A stretch of 64,000 nt of DNA from positions 128,317-192,316 of the forward strand of contig JADJPB010000014.1 in assembly GCA_016713445.1 (NCBI GenBank). Direction: 5' to 3'. How positions within the stretch are numbered: position 1 is the stretch's first letter; the number at the start of each line of letters is the position of its first letter. Both the position numbers and the translations under genes were made by a program. Below, piece after piece: positions 1 to 11,311 of this stretch. Origin of the DNA: Bacteroidota bacterium (GTDB lineage Bacteria; Bacteroidota; Bacteroidia; AKYH767-A; OLB10). Under the pieces are notes generated by a model. The model was given only the letters and a program-made list of their open reading frames with translations. It ran no database searches and was not told where the DNA came from.

Positions 1-571
1 TTCATCATCAAAGGCGCTGAGACAATTTGGCTTGACGGGCCTCTTACAATGGCAGTAAAGAAAGGATATATACTTTACATGGATGAAGTTGCTGAAGCAA
101 GGCCCGATGTTATTGTTGCTATCCATTCCTTAACCGATCATCGTCGTGAACTATACATTGATAAATTAGGCGTAACCATAAAAGCACATAAAGATTTTTT
201 ACTTATTGCATCCTTCAATCCTGGCTATCAAAAGAGGCTTTAAAGAGTTAAAACCGTCTACACGACAGCGTTTCGTTGCACTAGACTTTAACTATCCTGA
301 AGAAAAACTAGAAACAGAAATCCTCATCAATGAAACTGGAATTGAAAAAACAACGGCACAACAATTAGTTTCAATTGCCAATAAGATTCGAAATCTCAAA
401 GAGATGGGCTTAACAGAAACTGTTTCCACTCGCTTATTGGTTGATGCATCTAAACTTATTCGAAGCGGTTTACCAAAGAGACTTGCGGCTAAAGTAGCTA
501 TCTTAGAACCTCTCTCCGACGATCGCGAAGTAGTTGAAGCTTTATGTGACTTATCCAATTTAATCCTCTAA
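1..571 (+). CDS. norQ: MoxR-class AAA+ ATPase, CbbQ/NirQ/NorQ family (5' end outside window; one frame switch near 225-240 as sequenced)
   Basis: ORFs 49-243 and 206-571 join to ...YMDEVAEARPDVIVAIHSLTDHRRELYI...ASFNPGYQ|GFKELKPSTRQRF...STRLLVDA, typical of NorQ/CbbQ. Frame 1 is open back to base 1. A VWA (NorD-like) gene follows. Confidence 0.8.
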
Positions 572-577
572 TAAATA

Positions 578-2336
578 ATGGCATTAGATGAATTTCTATA
601 TGGACGAATAAGCAAGTACTTCAAAACGAAAAGGAAAGATGCTGAATTATCAGGAAAAATATCATCTTTTTAAGTGATATTCATGTTAGATTGAATGTAA
701 TCGCAAATGCGATTACAGGTTCATCTATCGAAATATTTCAGGCAGAAAGAGAAGGTGGATATAAGAATAACATATTTTTTCTTCCCGCGAGCTGTCAACT
801 ATTCCATGATAAAAACTTAAACTTAAGCTTTTACTTTTTTAGAGTTCTATATTTGTCTACTCAAAAAAAGATGAACATCAATTTGAATACTTCACAATGT
901 GGGAGTATAGCAAGTAATGAAGCTATCAACTATAGTGATGAAATTTTAATGCAGTTATTCATCGATTTTCCAAATCTTGAAGATTATTATAAAAACTTTA
1001 TTAAGTCACTTACAAACTCTACAAGACCATCTGACAAAACAGATCTTACTTGGCTTTATGGACGCTTGATGCTAAACGAAACCAATGATGAGAGCAAAGA
1101 TTTATTGCAAAATTTACCCAATAATATCAGGAAGTCTAATTCCATAAAACCTCTAACGATAATAAAATCAAAAGCCGTTGAAGAAATTAAAAATATTACT
1201 ATCGATAAAAAATCGCAGGAAGATTATGTACTAACTCACAATTTTGAAAAAGTAGATACTGCTGATGAGTTCAGTGGTACTTGGCGAGATTTTGATGGAG
1301 AAGATGAATTAGAGGATCATAAAGATGCTCTCGATGAGCTGAATTTAAGATTTACAGTGCGCATAGATGATCCTGTTCATTCAGTATATCAATCCGATTT
1401 TTAGAAAACACAAACATCGCAGAAAGCACCACAACACAAGAAAACGCCAAGCCCATTTTTTTATGATGAGTGGGACTATAAGAAGCGAATCTATAAAAAC
1501 ATTTTTGTCAACTATATCCATTAAAAATTAATTCGGATAGCGAAACTTATTATTTGAAAACCATTCAACAGAATAAGAGTTTATTGAATGGACTTCGTAA
1601 AATGCTGACCAATGTAAATAATCGTTTGCAACTTCAACGTAGACAACCATCAGGTTCAGAATTTGATATTGATGCAGTCACCGATCTATTTGTAGAACTA
1701 CATTCAGGACATTCTCCAGAAGAAAAAATATATTTATCAACTCGAAAAAAAGAGAAGGAAATTTCTTTGATTCTACTCTTGGACTCTAGTCTTTCTAGCG
1801 ATGGATATGTAAATGGAAATAAAGTTATCGATATTGAAAAAGAAATTTCCATTATATTTGGTGAGATCTTAAATGAATTTAACATCGACTTTAATATTTC
1901 TAGTTTTTATTCAAATACTCGTAACCACTCCAGCTTCCATCAATTAAAGGGTTTTGACGATAAATGGATACATGCAAAAAATAATATCGGTGCTATTGAA
2001 CCCTCAGGATACACAAGAATTGGCACGTCCATACGACATGCATCGACATTACTGGAACAACGTGATTCGAAAAGCAAATGGCTAATTCTTTTGTCAGACG
2101 GCAAGCCGAATGATTATGATCGATATGAAGGTAAATATGGAATTGAAGATACGAAGCAAGCACTTCGTGAGCTCAACTCAAAATACATTAATTCCTATGC
2201 TTTAGCCATTGAAGCCAATGCGAAAGATTATCTCCCGCAAATGTTTGGACAAAATCATTATCAAATATTATCCTCTACAAATGAAATGATTACTTCTCTA
2301 GTGAAATTATATGAGCGTATAAAGCAATTAAAATAG
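578..2336 (+). CDS. norD: VWA-domain protein, NorD/CbbO-like (at least 3 frame switches as sequenced)
   Basis: ATG at 578 lies 7 nt after the norQ stop. Pieces 578-670, 691-1404 and 1554-2336 are in different frames. The C-terminal piece has a VWA/MIDAS-like signature (LLLDSSLSSDG ... LLSDGKPNDYD). One switch maps to the A5 run at 655-659. Confidence 0.7.
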
Positions 2337-2429
2337 CTTTGATACTTTTTTATTGAGGCAGTTGTTCAATTTTTCCGGTGCAGATTATCAATTGATTTTC
2401 TTGAAAATATTTTGACATAATTTTTGTTT

Positions 2430-3734
2430 TCACCTAATCTTTTTTTTCCTTAGTATACTATATGCTAGCAGAAGGATGGCTATAAATAGCCCAATTCCTG
2501 AAAGGTAGATAATTTGAAATTGTGGTCTTAATCCATTCATCATTTCTGAAAATTGAATTGGCTCAATTGAAAGTTGCCATATTCCTTTTGTAATACCTGC
2601 CCAATTAAGTGTTATCCAAAATATAAATAGACTTACTTGAAGTAGCCAAAAGGCAAGATGCATGTTATTTGGAATTGTACTTTGTTTGCTATTGTATAAA
2701 TAAGTGAAGCAAGTTGAAAGTAAAATCATACTGTTGATTCCAATCGTAGTACCCATTGCATGAGCAACGGTGACGTGTGTTCCATGTGTATAGAGATTCA
2801 CGGCAGGAATTGACATTAAAATCGCTTGTCCCATATTAAGGAAGACCCAAACATTTGTAGCTGCTATAAATTTGTAAGAGTAAGACCGATTTAAATTTTT
2901 TATTGATTTTATTTCCTTTCTCCAGTTCCAAACAATTTTGATAAAGAAGACCCATTCTGTCATGCTCACAAAATACCCGATATAGCGAATGTAGTTTTCG
3001 GTGGGAAGCGTATAGATGTGATGACCCCAATTGAACATTAGATTAAACAATCCAAGGAAGTACATGGAGAAGGCTAGTTTTGAGCCGCCAATTGTTTTTT
3101 TGTCGTCGTTTTTGTCCATTAAGAAAAACGCAGTTCCATATAGAATTTGATTCCATGAGCCTACTAGCGATCCATTCACTTTCCATTGTATAGTCATATC
3201 AATGATGATGTTTTCTCTAAAATAGGGAATCGTCCATAAGTAATTTTCAAGGAATGTAAACAAGAAAAAGAGAATTCCTGTGAACCACATCCAAAAATAG
3301 ACAGGCCATTTTTTTATTGATTTTAAGAGCGGAATCGTATTGTACATAAAAAGTAGCCAGGCTATTAAAATTGGAAAAACCCATTCTGTTCGAAACTCCC
3401 AATATTCTCTCCCTTCGAAATCTTTTGTGAAATAGTTGTTCATAATTCCGAGAATGGCAATGATCCAAAGCACCCATTGAAGGAATGAAATCGTTGGATT
3501 GCATTTTTTTTCTGTGTATTCTTCAATTCCATAATACACGCAACCCGTTGCTCCTAATATGATCCAGAATATAGCCAAACTTACGTGTAATGGTCGCAGA
3601 GATGAAAACCCCAATTCCTCTTTGAGAAAGTAAGGAAAAAGGTAAGTAGTAGCTGAAAGTAAACCAAAACTAGCAGCGCAAACCAATAGGATTAGTGCTG
3701 TAATTAGGAAGAGTTTTCCGTTTTCAATTTTCAT
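2430..3734 (-). CDS. 12-TM heme-copper oxidase subunit I-like protein (CcoN/NorB-like, divergent)
   Basis: Intact 434-aa ORF, very hydrophobic, with His motifs RPLHVS, NWGHHIY and THGTHVTVAHAMG. Its start overlaps the stop of the upstream cytochrome c gene (3731-3734). It is linked to norQ/norD. Confidence 0.65.
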   Translation of the reverse strand: MKIENGKLFLITALILLVCAASFGLLSATTYLFPYFLKEELGFSSLRPLHVSLAIFWIILGATGCVYYGIEEYTEKKCNPTISFLQWVLWIIAILGIMNNYFTKDFEGREYWEFRTEWVFPILIAWLLFMYNTIPLLKSIKKWPVYFWMWFTGILFFLFTFLENYLWTIPYFRENIIIDMTIQWKVNGSLVGSWNQILYGTAFFLMDKNDDKKTIGGSKLAFSMYFLGLFNLMFNWGHHIYTLPTENYIRYIGYFVSMTEWVFFIKIVWNWRKEIKSIKNLNRSYSYKFIAATNVWVFLNMGQAILMSIPAVNLYTHGTHVTVAHAMGTTIGINSMILLSTCFTYLYNSKQSTIPNNMHLAFWLLQVSLFIFWITLNWAGITKGIWQLSIEPIQFSEMMNGLRPQFQIIYLSGIGLFIAILLLAYSILRKKKIR

Positions 3735-4146
3735 TTTTTCTCAGTAAGTCCTAAAGTATTTACTTTGAATTCGCGTGGATCCGCTTTTCCACAAGCATCA
3801 GCCGATTTTAAAAATTCTAGTATTGCGAGTATCTCATCTTCTTTCAAATTAAATTCCGGCATTTGTCGTGTACCAGATTTTAACATCGCTCTAATAAGTG
3901 TTTCCCCTTTTTCTGGATGGGAGTAAATATTAGTTAAGTCAGGACCTAAATAGCCTCCTAAACCATAGAGCTGATGGCAACTTTGGCAATTGTATTTTGC
4001 CATACCAATTTACCTTCTCCTGCTCTTTTCTGATGAAATATATTATTCTTGGAATGAATGGAAGGTTGATAATAAATGAATGATGAATAGATGAGGAACA
4101 ACATACAGAGTGCAATAAAAATATGTTTCGGTGTAATTGTAAACAT
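3731..4146 (-). CDS. Membrane-anchored mono-haem cytochrome c (one frameshift as sequenced)
   Basis: ORF 3958-4146 gives an N-terminal TM helix ending ...GKLVWQ. ORF 3731-4003 continues KYNCQSCHQLYG (CxxCH). The two join if CAAAATAC (coding strand, ~4000-4007) is read as CAAAAATAC. Confidence 0.7.
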
Positions 4147-4179
4147 AGTTCAGTATTAAAATCTATTACTTAAATTGTT

Positions 4180-5553
<1,374 letters not shown>

Positions 5554-5597
5554 TCATATTTCGCGTTGCGTATGTTGTGAATATAATTTATATTCTT

Positions 5598-7399
5598 TTA
5601 TTCTAATGAATGGAATATTTCCTGAATGGAAATTTTGTTTTCTTCTAGAAGGATGATGTTTTTTTGAAAAATCGAAAGATTATCAAATAGATATACCTTA
5701 AAGTAGTTCTCGTAGTATTTTATACCTTCTAATAAATTGGTTTTAAATAATGAAAAGTATGATTTGCGTTTTTCAGTTAAATTGCTTCTGTTTTTTCGAA
5801 TTCTCTTTTGATGTAAGAGATATATAGTTCGAGTTCATTAATGAAAGCATGTGGCCTAAAAGTTTCATTTAATAATTGTGTTCTTCCATAAATATGATCA
5901 ACCATTTGCTTTAATGAAAAACTTCCTGAAAAATATGCGAGGTTTGGACCAGGACAAATAGTTACTGCTGTTAAATTATTTGAGGGTTTGTGATGATTTA
6001 CTATGAGTGCAGACGATCCCAGTCCAGAACAGAGACAGTCTTTTTCTGTGGCTTCCTGTATTTGATCTTTTAGCTCAATTTCATTGTAATAGTTTCTTGA
6101 AGTTGTTTTATTTTAAATGTTGATATTGTCTGGAAGCTGTGCAAATAATTTTTCTGTAAATTCTGTATTGTTCGTCAAAAATTTTTTTATAACAAGGACT
6201 TCCCTGGTTTGTTTTGTGATATTCTATGCTTTCTTTGTTTCTCTGAGCTACTTTCTTTAAAATTATTAAAGGGGACTCCTAATGGTGATGCATGACTAAT
6301 AAAGTAGTCCGATTTTTTGCTCTAATTAATTTTAATAAAGTTTCATTGTCAACATTAGTGGCTTCAGGTACCATTAAAAATGGACTTCCCCATCCAATAG
6401 CGTTGAGTTGATAATATTCCAGTAAGTTTTATGCTCTTCTGACGTACCTATTCCTCCCTGTGCTGTAATAGATAAGTGAGTGCTCGAAAGTAAAAGATAT
6501 TTTTCCTTTGCTAAAAGTGTTTTATTGCATTCGTTAAATAACTCTTGATAAAGGTCATCTCTTTTTTGTTTAAATTCTTCGAGTATTGGACCAAGAAGCA
6601 AACCATTGGAGACAAATGCATGACCTCCACAATTAATTCCTGATTCAATTCTGAATTCTGAAATCCAAAGCCCTTTTTTTGCAAGATATTTTCCTTGTAT
6701 TAATGCAGATCTATAATCACTTACTTTTAAAATTATTTTTTTCTTGATGAACCCATTTTCATTTGGATAAAAGTCTTTGAAGTTTTCACAATACGCGAAC
6801 AGACGTGGATTCAATCCTGCCGAGAAAACAATAGAGGAACATAATTCACTATTTGCATAGCCCCTTAATGCAGATAATGCATCTGAATACTCTTGAGGTA
6901 AAGCGTCTCCTGATTTTGTGAAATTTGGCTTGTCAAGTTTGGTCATGATGTTTACGTCAATTGACCCTGCTTTTATAAATGCTTTTAATTGGTCTTCTAT
7001 TGTTTTTTTCTGCTCCTTGCTTGTCTTTAATGAAAGGTAAAGAGATTTTAATAGCGAAGTATTGGACAACAATTCGAAATACTTATTGATATCTTCATCC
7101 TTGTCAAAATCTTCGTTTTTAAGTTTTGAACCTGTCGGTTCAATACTTTTTGAAGTAAATTCAAGTAGCTGGTTATTCTTTTCGCTCTTGAATCATCTTC
7201 TTTTACAGTTATTTTTTTCAAAAGGTATATTTTCTCTGGTAGAGATAATTTCACGCATTTGTTCCACAAGGTGATCTTCAATGATTGATACTACTGATGA
7301 AATCCCAAATTTGCCTACCTTAATTGGAGTGTCTATAGTGTATCCCAACCCCATAACTGGAATATGAAATGAGTGAAGTGGTGTGATGGGCATGGTCAA
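5598..7399 (-). pseudogene. Conserved hypothetical protein of about 600 aa, heavily frame-disrupted
   Basis: Pieces 7193-7399 (IPVMGLGYTIDTPIKVGKFGISSVVSI), 7048-7281 and 6374-7072 (..GINCGGHAF..) are followed by readable fragments down to a TAA at 5598-5600 (..EKDCLCSGLGSSAL..AVTICPGPNLAYFSG..). I do not recognise the family. Confidence 0.45.
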
Positions 7400-7952
7400 T
7401 TTAATTAATTATTAATCGGACAAAAATATCCGAATTAAACAATCTTGGACATGATAATAATCATGTTATCATTTAAAGCGTTTATTAGTAGGCTGAAATG
7501 AATTAGGTGTATTTGATTTAAACATATTAGAAGCAGTATAGTTAAAGGGGATTTCGTTGTGTTGTCTTCATCTCAATTTACTTGATACTACCTAATGAAA
7601 TATTCGAAAATTATTTAAAGAATATAATGTAGTCAGAAAAGTTCAACTAAACGCCAGTTGGTTTCTTGAGAAACTTTCTAATTGCCACGAAAGAATAATT
7701 CCTTTACATGTTAAATGAAATTTCTTAGCTTTTTTGTAAGTTTCATTTTTTGAAAGTCGAAGATTTTCAAATGATTTTAGAAAGGATTTATGCAAGTATG
7801 ATTTAGGACAAGTGAAAAAAATGGTTTTGTGATGTAATATAGAATTCGCAACATTAGAAAACTTCTAAGAAGGAGCGAGAGTTCGAAGTAAAGCAGTCCC
7901 CATAGCAATCGGGGCCGCCATTATTATGAGAATTTATTCTTTAATTGATCTA

Positions 7953-8207
7953 TCAACTCTGAAATTCTTTCAAATGTTGAATGTATTTCCTGCTCTTCAT
8001 TTTTTTGATATGCATCTCAATATTCCTAGCTTGCTGAAATAGTAGATCATCAATGGAAAGATATAAAATCCAATCATCAGTTTTTTGAGTAAAAGCTGAA
8101 CTAAAGAATTTGCTGTTGTGTTGATTTAATCTTTCCGAAAGATCTAAGCAACTTCCGACATAATATCGGTCAATTTTTGAGGAATAAAGAATGTATACAG
8201 ATGCCAT
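7953..8207 (-). CDS. Small GIY-YIG nuclease family protein (copy 1)
   Basis: 84-aa ORF MASVYILYSSKIDRYYVGSCLDLSERLNQHN...ARNIEMHIKKMKSRKYI, with the GIY..YVG..R..H..E pattern of stand-alone GIY-YIG (URI-domain) proteins. Confidence 0.8.
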   Translation of the reverse strand: MASVYILYSSKIDRYYVGSCLDLSERLNQHNSKFFSSAFTQKTDDWILYLSIDDLLFQQARNIEMHIKKMKSRKYIQHLKEFQS

Positions 8208-8353
8208 TTGAAAAATGATTTATATTAAATTTAGACGAATAGTCTGCTAATTGAATAAAAGCACATGCTTTCATGCATGTGAAAAAAGAAAAACAGAGAA
8301 AGTAACACCGCTCTCGCACTGTTTCTCTCCCGATAGCTATCGGGACTGTTTCG

Positions 8354-8473
8354 TACCCGGAGCCGGAGTCGTCCCGATAGCTATCGGGACGGCATGCCAG
8401 TGAAGGCACAGGTGTTTGATCGCGAAGCTTCGCGACAGCGCGTCTACCACCCCGATAGCAATCGGGGCCGCCA
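8354..8473 (-). pseudogene. tRNA-Leu(CAA)-derived relic lacking the 5' acceptor strand, with palindromes inserted in the D-loop, anticodon stem and T-loop
   Basis: The minus strand reads TGGCGG[CCCCGATTGCTATCGGGG]TGGTAGACGCGCTG[TCGCGAAGCTTCGCGA]TCAAACACCTGTGCCTTCACTGGCATGCCG[TCCCGATAGCTATCGGGA]CGACTCCGGCTCCGGGTA. Outside the brackets it is identical to the tRNA at 10965-11047. Confidence 0.85.
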
Positions 8474-8505
8474 TTATTATGAGAATTTATTCTTTAATTG
8501 ATCTA

Positions 8506-8760
8506 TCAACCTGGAAATTCTTTCAAATGTTGAATGTATTTCCTGCTCTTCATTTTTTTGATATGCATCTCAATATTCCTAGCTTGCTGAAATAGTAGAT
8601 CATCAATGGAAAGATATAAAATCCAATCATCAGTTTTTTGAGTAAAAGCTGAACTAAAGAATTTGCTGTTGTGTTGACTTAATCTTACTGAAAGATCTAA
8701 GCAACTACCGACATAATATCGGTCAATTTTTGAGGAATAAAGAATATATACAGATGCCAT
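8506..8760 (-). CDS. Small GIY-YIG nuclease family protein (copy 2)
   Basis: 84-aa ORF, near-identical to 7953-8207. Confidence 0.8.
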   Translation of the reverse strand: MASVYILYSSKIDRYYVGSCLDLSVRLSQHNSKFFSSAFTQKTDDWILYLSIDDLLFQQARNIEMHIKKMKSRKYIQHLKEFPG

Positions 8761-8906
8761 TTGAAAAATGATTTATGTTAAACTTAGACGAATAGTCTGC
8801 TAATTGAAAAAAAGCACATGCTTTTCATGCGTGTGAAAAAAGAAAAACAGAGAAAGTAACATCGCTCTCGCACTGTTTCTCTCCCGATAGCTATCGGGAC
8901 TGGGTC

Positions 8907-10964
8907 GTACCCGGAGCCGGAGTCGTAGCGAAGCCTCGCTACGGCATGCCAGAACAGTAATAACTTATTTTTTTATTTGGTTTAAAATTAAAAGAGGGGA
9001 GTAACACCGCTCTCGCACTGTTTCTCCCTCTGTTTTGTACCCGAGCCGGAGTCGTAGCGAAGCCTCGCTACGGCATGCCAGAACAGTAATAACTTATTTT
9101 TTTATTTGATTTAAAATTAAAAGAGGGAGTAACACCGCTCTCGCACTGTTACTCGCACTGTTTTGTACCCGGAGCCGGAGATCGTAGCGAAGCCTCGCTA
9201 CGGCATGCCAGAACAGTAATATCTTATTTTTTTATTTGATTTAAAATTAAAAGAGGGAGTAACACCGCTCTCGCACTGTTTCTCCCTCTGTTTTGTACCC
9301 GGAGCCGGAGATCGTAGCGAAGCCTCGCTACGGCATGCCAGAACAGTAATATCTTATTTTTTTATTTGATTTAAAATTAAAAGAGGGAGTAACACCGCTC
9401 TCGCACTGTTTCTCCCTCTGTTTTGTACCCGGAGCCGGAGTCGTAGCGAAGCCTCGCTACGGCATGCCAGAACAGTAATAACTTATTTTTTTATTTGATT
9501 TAAAATTAAAAGAGGGAGTAACACCGCACTCGCACTGTTTCTCCTCTGTTTTGTACCCGAGGCTGGAGTCGTAGCGAAGCCTCGCTACGGCATGCCAGAA
9601 CAGTAATAACTTATTTTTTATTTGATTTAAAATTAAAAGAGGGAGTAACACCGCTCTCGCACTGTTTCTCCCTCTGTTTTGTACCCGAGCCGGAGTCGTA
9701 GCGAAGCCTCGCTACGGCATGCCAGAACAGTAATAACTTATTTTTTTATTTGATTTGGGATTAAAAGAGGGAGTAACACCGCTCTCGCACTGTTTCTCCC
9801 TCTGTTTTGTACCTGGAGCCGGAGTCGTAGCGAAGCCTCGCTACGGCATGCCAGAACAGTAATAACTTATTTTTTATTTGATTTAAAATTAAAAGAGGGA
9901 GTAACACCGCCCTCGCACTGTTTCCCCCTCTGTTTTGTACCCCGAGCCGGAGTCGTAGCGAAGCCTCGCTACGGCATGCCAGAACAGTAATAACTTATTT
10001 TTTTATTTGATTTAAAATTAAAAGAGGGAGTAACACCGCTCTCGCACTGTTTCTCCCTCTGTTTTGTACCGGAGCCGGAGTCGTAGCGAAGCCTCGCTAC
10101 GGCATGCCAGAACAGTAATAACTTATTTTTTTATTTGATTTAAAATTAAAAGAGGGAGTAACACCGCTCTCGCAATGTTTCTCCCTCTGTTTTGTACCTG
10201 AGCCGGAGTCGTAGCGAAGCCCCTCGCTACGGCATGCCAGAACAGTAATATCTTATTTTTTTATTTGATTTAAAATTAAAATAGGGAGTAACACCGCTCT
10301 CGCACTGTTTCTCCCTCTGTTTTGTACCCGGAGCCGGAGTCGTAGCGAAGCCTCGCTACGGCATGCCAGAACAGTAATAACTTATTTTTTTATTTGATTT
10401 AGATTAAAAGAGGGAGTAACACCGCTCTCGCACTGTTTCTCCCTCTGTTTTGTACCTGAGCCGGAGTCGTAGCGAAGCCTCGCTACGGCATGCCAGAACA
10501 GTAATAACTTATTTTTTATTTGATTTAAATTAAAAGAGGGAGTAACACCGCTCTCGCACTGTTTCTCCCTCTGTTTTGTACCCGGAGCCGGAGTCGTAGC
10601 GAAGCCTCGCTACGGCATGCCAGAACAGTAATAACTTATTTTTTTATTTGATTTAAAATTAAAAGAGGGAGTAACACCGCTCTCGCACTGTTTCTCCCTC
10701 TGTTTTGTACCCGGAGCCGGAGATCGTAGCGAAGCCTCGCTACGGCATGCCAGAACATTAATATCTTATTTTTTTATTTGATTTAAGATTAAAAGAGGGA
10801 GTAACACCGCTCTCGCACTGTTTCTCCCTCTGTTTTGTACCGGAGCCGGGAGATCGTAGCGAAGCCTCGCTACGGCATGCCAGAACAGTAATATCTTATT
10901 TTTTATTTGATTTTAATTAAAAGAGGGAGTAACACCGCTTCGCACTGTTTCTCCCCTCTGTTTT
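8907..10964 (-). repeat. Tandem array, 16 units of 126-130 bp, each = tRNA-Leu trailer hairpin + AT-rich spacer + tRNA-Leu 3' fragment with a palindrome in the T-loop
   Basis: The anchor 'gtac' (tRNA 3' end) recurs at 8907, 9037, 9165, 9295, 9425, 9553, 9681, 9809, 9937, 10066, 10194, 10324, 10452, 10578, 10707 and 10837. The next period is the tRNA itself (3' end 10965). Confidence 0.95.
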
Positions 10965-11047
10965 TACCCGAGCCGGAGTCGAACCGGCATGCCAGTGAAG
11001 GCACAGGTGTTTGAGACCAGCGCGTCTACCAATTCCGCCATCCGGGC
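10965..11047 (-). tRNA. tRNA-Leu, anticodon CAA (long variable arm)
   Basis: Minus strand: GCCCGGA TG GCGG AATTGGTAGA CGCG CTGGT CTCAAAC ACCTG TGCCTTCACTGGCAT GCCGG TTCGACT CCGGC TCGGGT A. The D-arm is identical to E. coli tRNA-Leu. Caveats: one U-U mismatch in the anticodon stem, and the 3' acceptor strand as sequenced is one C short (TCGGGT versus TCCGGGT in many array units, which pairs fully with G1-U72). No CCA is encoded. Confidence 0.65.
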
Positions 11048-11298
11048 ATTAACTTTAGAGGCCAAACTCTTTTTTTTAGCCATTCTTTTCCTGAACCGCT
11101 TTTAAGTTGTTTTTCTCTTTTCCTTGCTTCTGCTCTTGTTGAATAATGTTCAACTAAGATTAGATCGAAAGGTTGATAAGGTTTGGTAGTTTTTTCCTTA
11201 CCATGATTATGTTGAGATACTCTCACATCAACATTTTGTGTCAAACCTACATAAATGTAGCTTCTGATTTTACTAGATATTACATATACAAAGAACAT
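11026..11298 (-). CDS. Small GIY-YIG nuclease family protein (divergent copy 3); 3' end overlaps the tRNA-Leu gene
   Basis: 90-aa ORF MFFVYVISSKIRSYIYVGLTQNVDVRVSQHNHGK...RAEARKREKQLKSGSGKEWLKK. Its last 7 codons and TAG stop (11026-11028) lie inside tRNA positions 1-22. Confidence 0.8.
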   Translation of the reverse strand: MFFVYVISSKIRSYIYVGLTQNVDVRVSQHNHGKEKTTKPYQPFDLILVEHYSTRAEARKREKQLKSGSGKEWLKKRVWPLKLMPGWRNW

Positions 11299-11311
11299 TC
11301 ATCCTTACTCT

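Larger units (their letters stand above)
7898..8952 (-). repeat. Two tandem copies (offset 552-553 bp) of a module = tRNA-Leu 3' fragment + trailer hairpin + GIY-YIG ORF + 'TGGCGG + palindrome'
   Basis: 7898-8400 aligns with 8450-8952 almost base for base. The two GIY-YIG ORFs differ at 4 of 84 residues. Confidence 0.85.

Noticed and set aside
7876-7920. gagagttcgaagta...ggggccgcca looked like the T-arm and CCA end of a plus-strand tRNA.
   Set aside because: No acceptor, D or anticodon arms can be drawn upstream. GCCGCCA is simply the reverse complement of the TGGCGG + palindrome end of the duplicated GIY-YIG module.
8170-9651. ORFs 8170-8409 and 9457-9651 (minus strand) from the six-frame track.
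   Set aside because: They are translations of the tRNA-relic, palindrome and tandem-repeat DNA (e.g. ..PIAIGRE.., ..AVARLRYDSS..). They have no coding signature and are repeat artefacts.
8907-10964. The regular repeat array could be a CRISPR locus.
   Set aside because: The period is 126-130 bp and the whole unit is repeated. There are no unique spacers and no cas genes in the window. The unit is clearly tRNA-derived.
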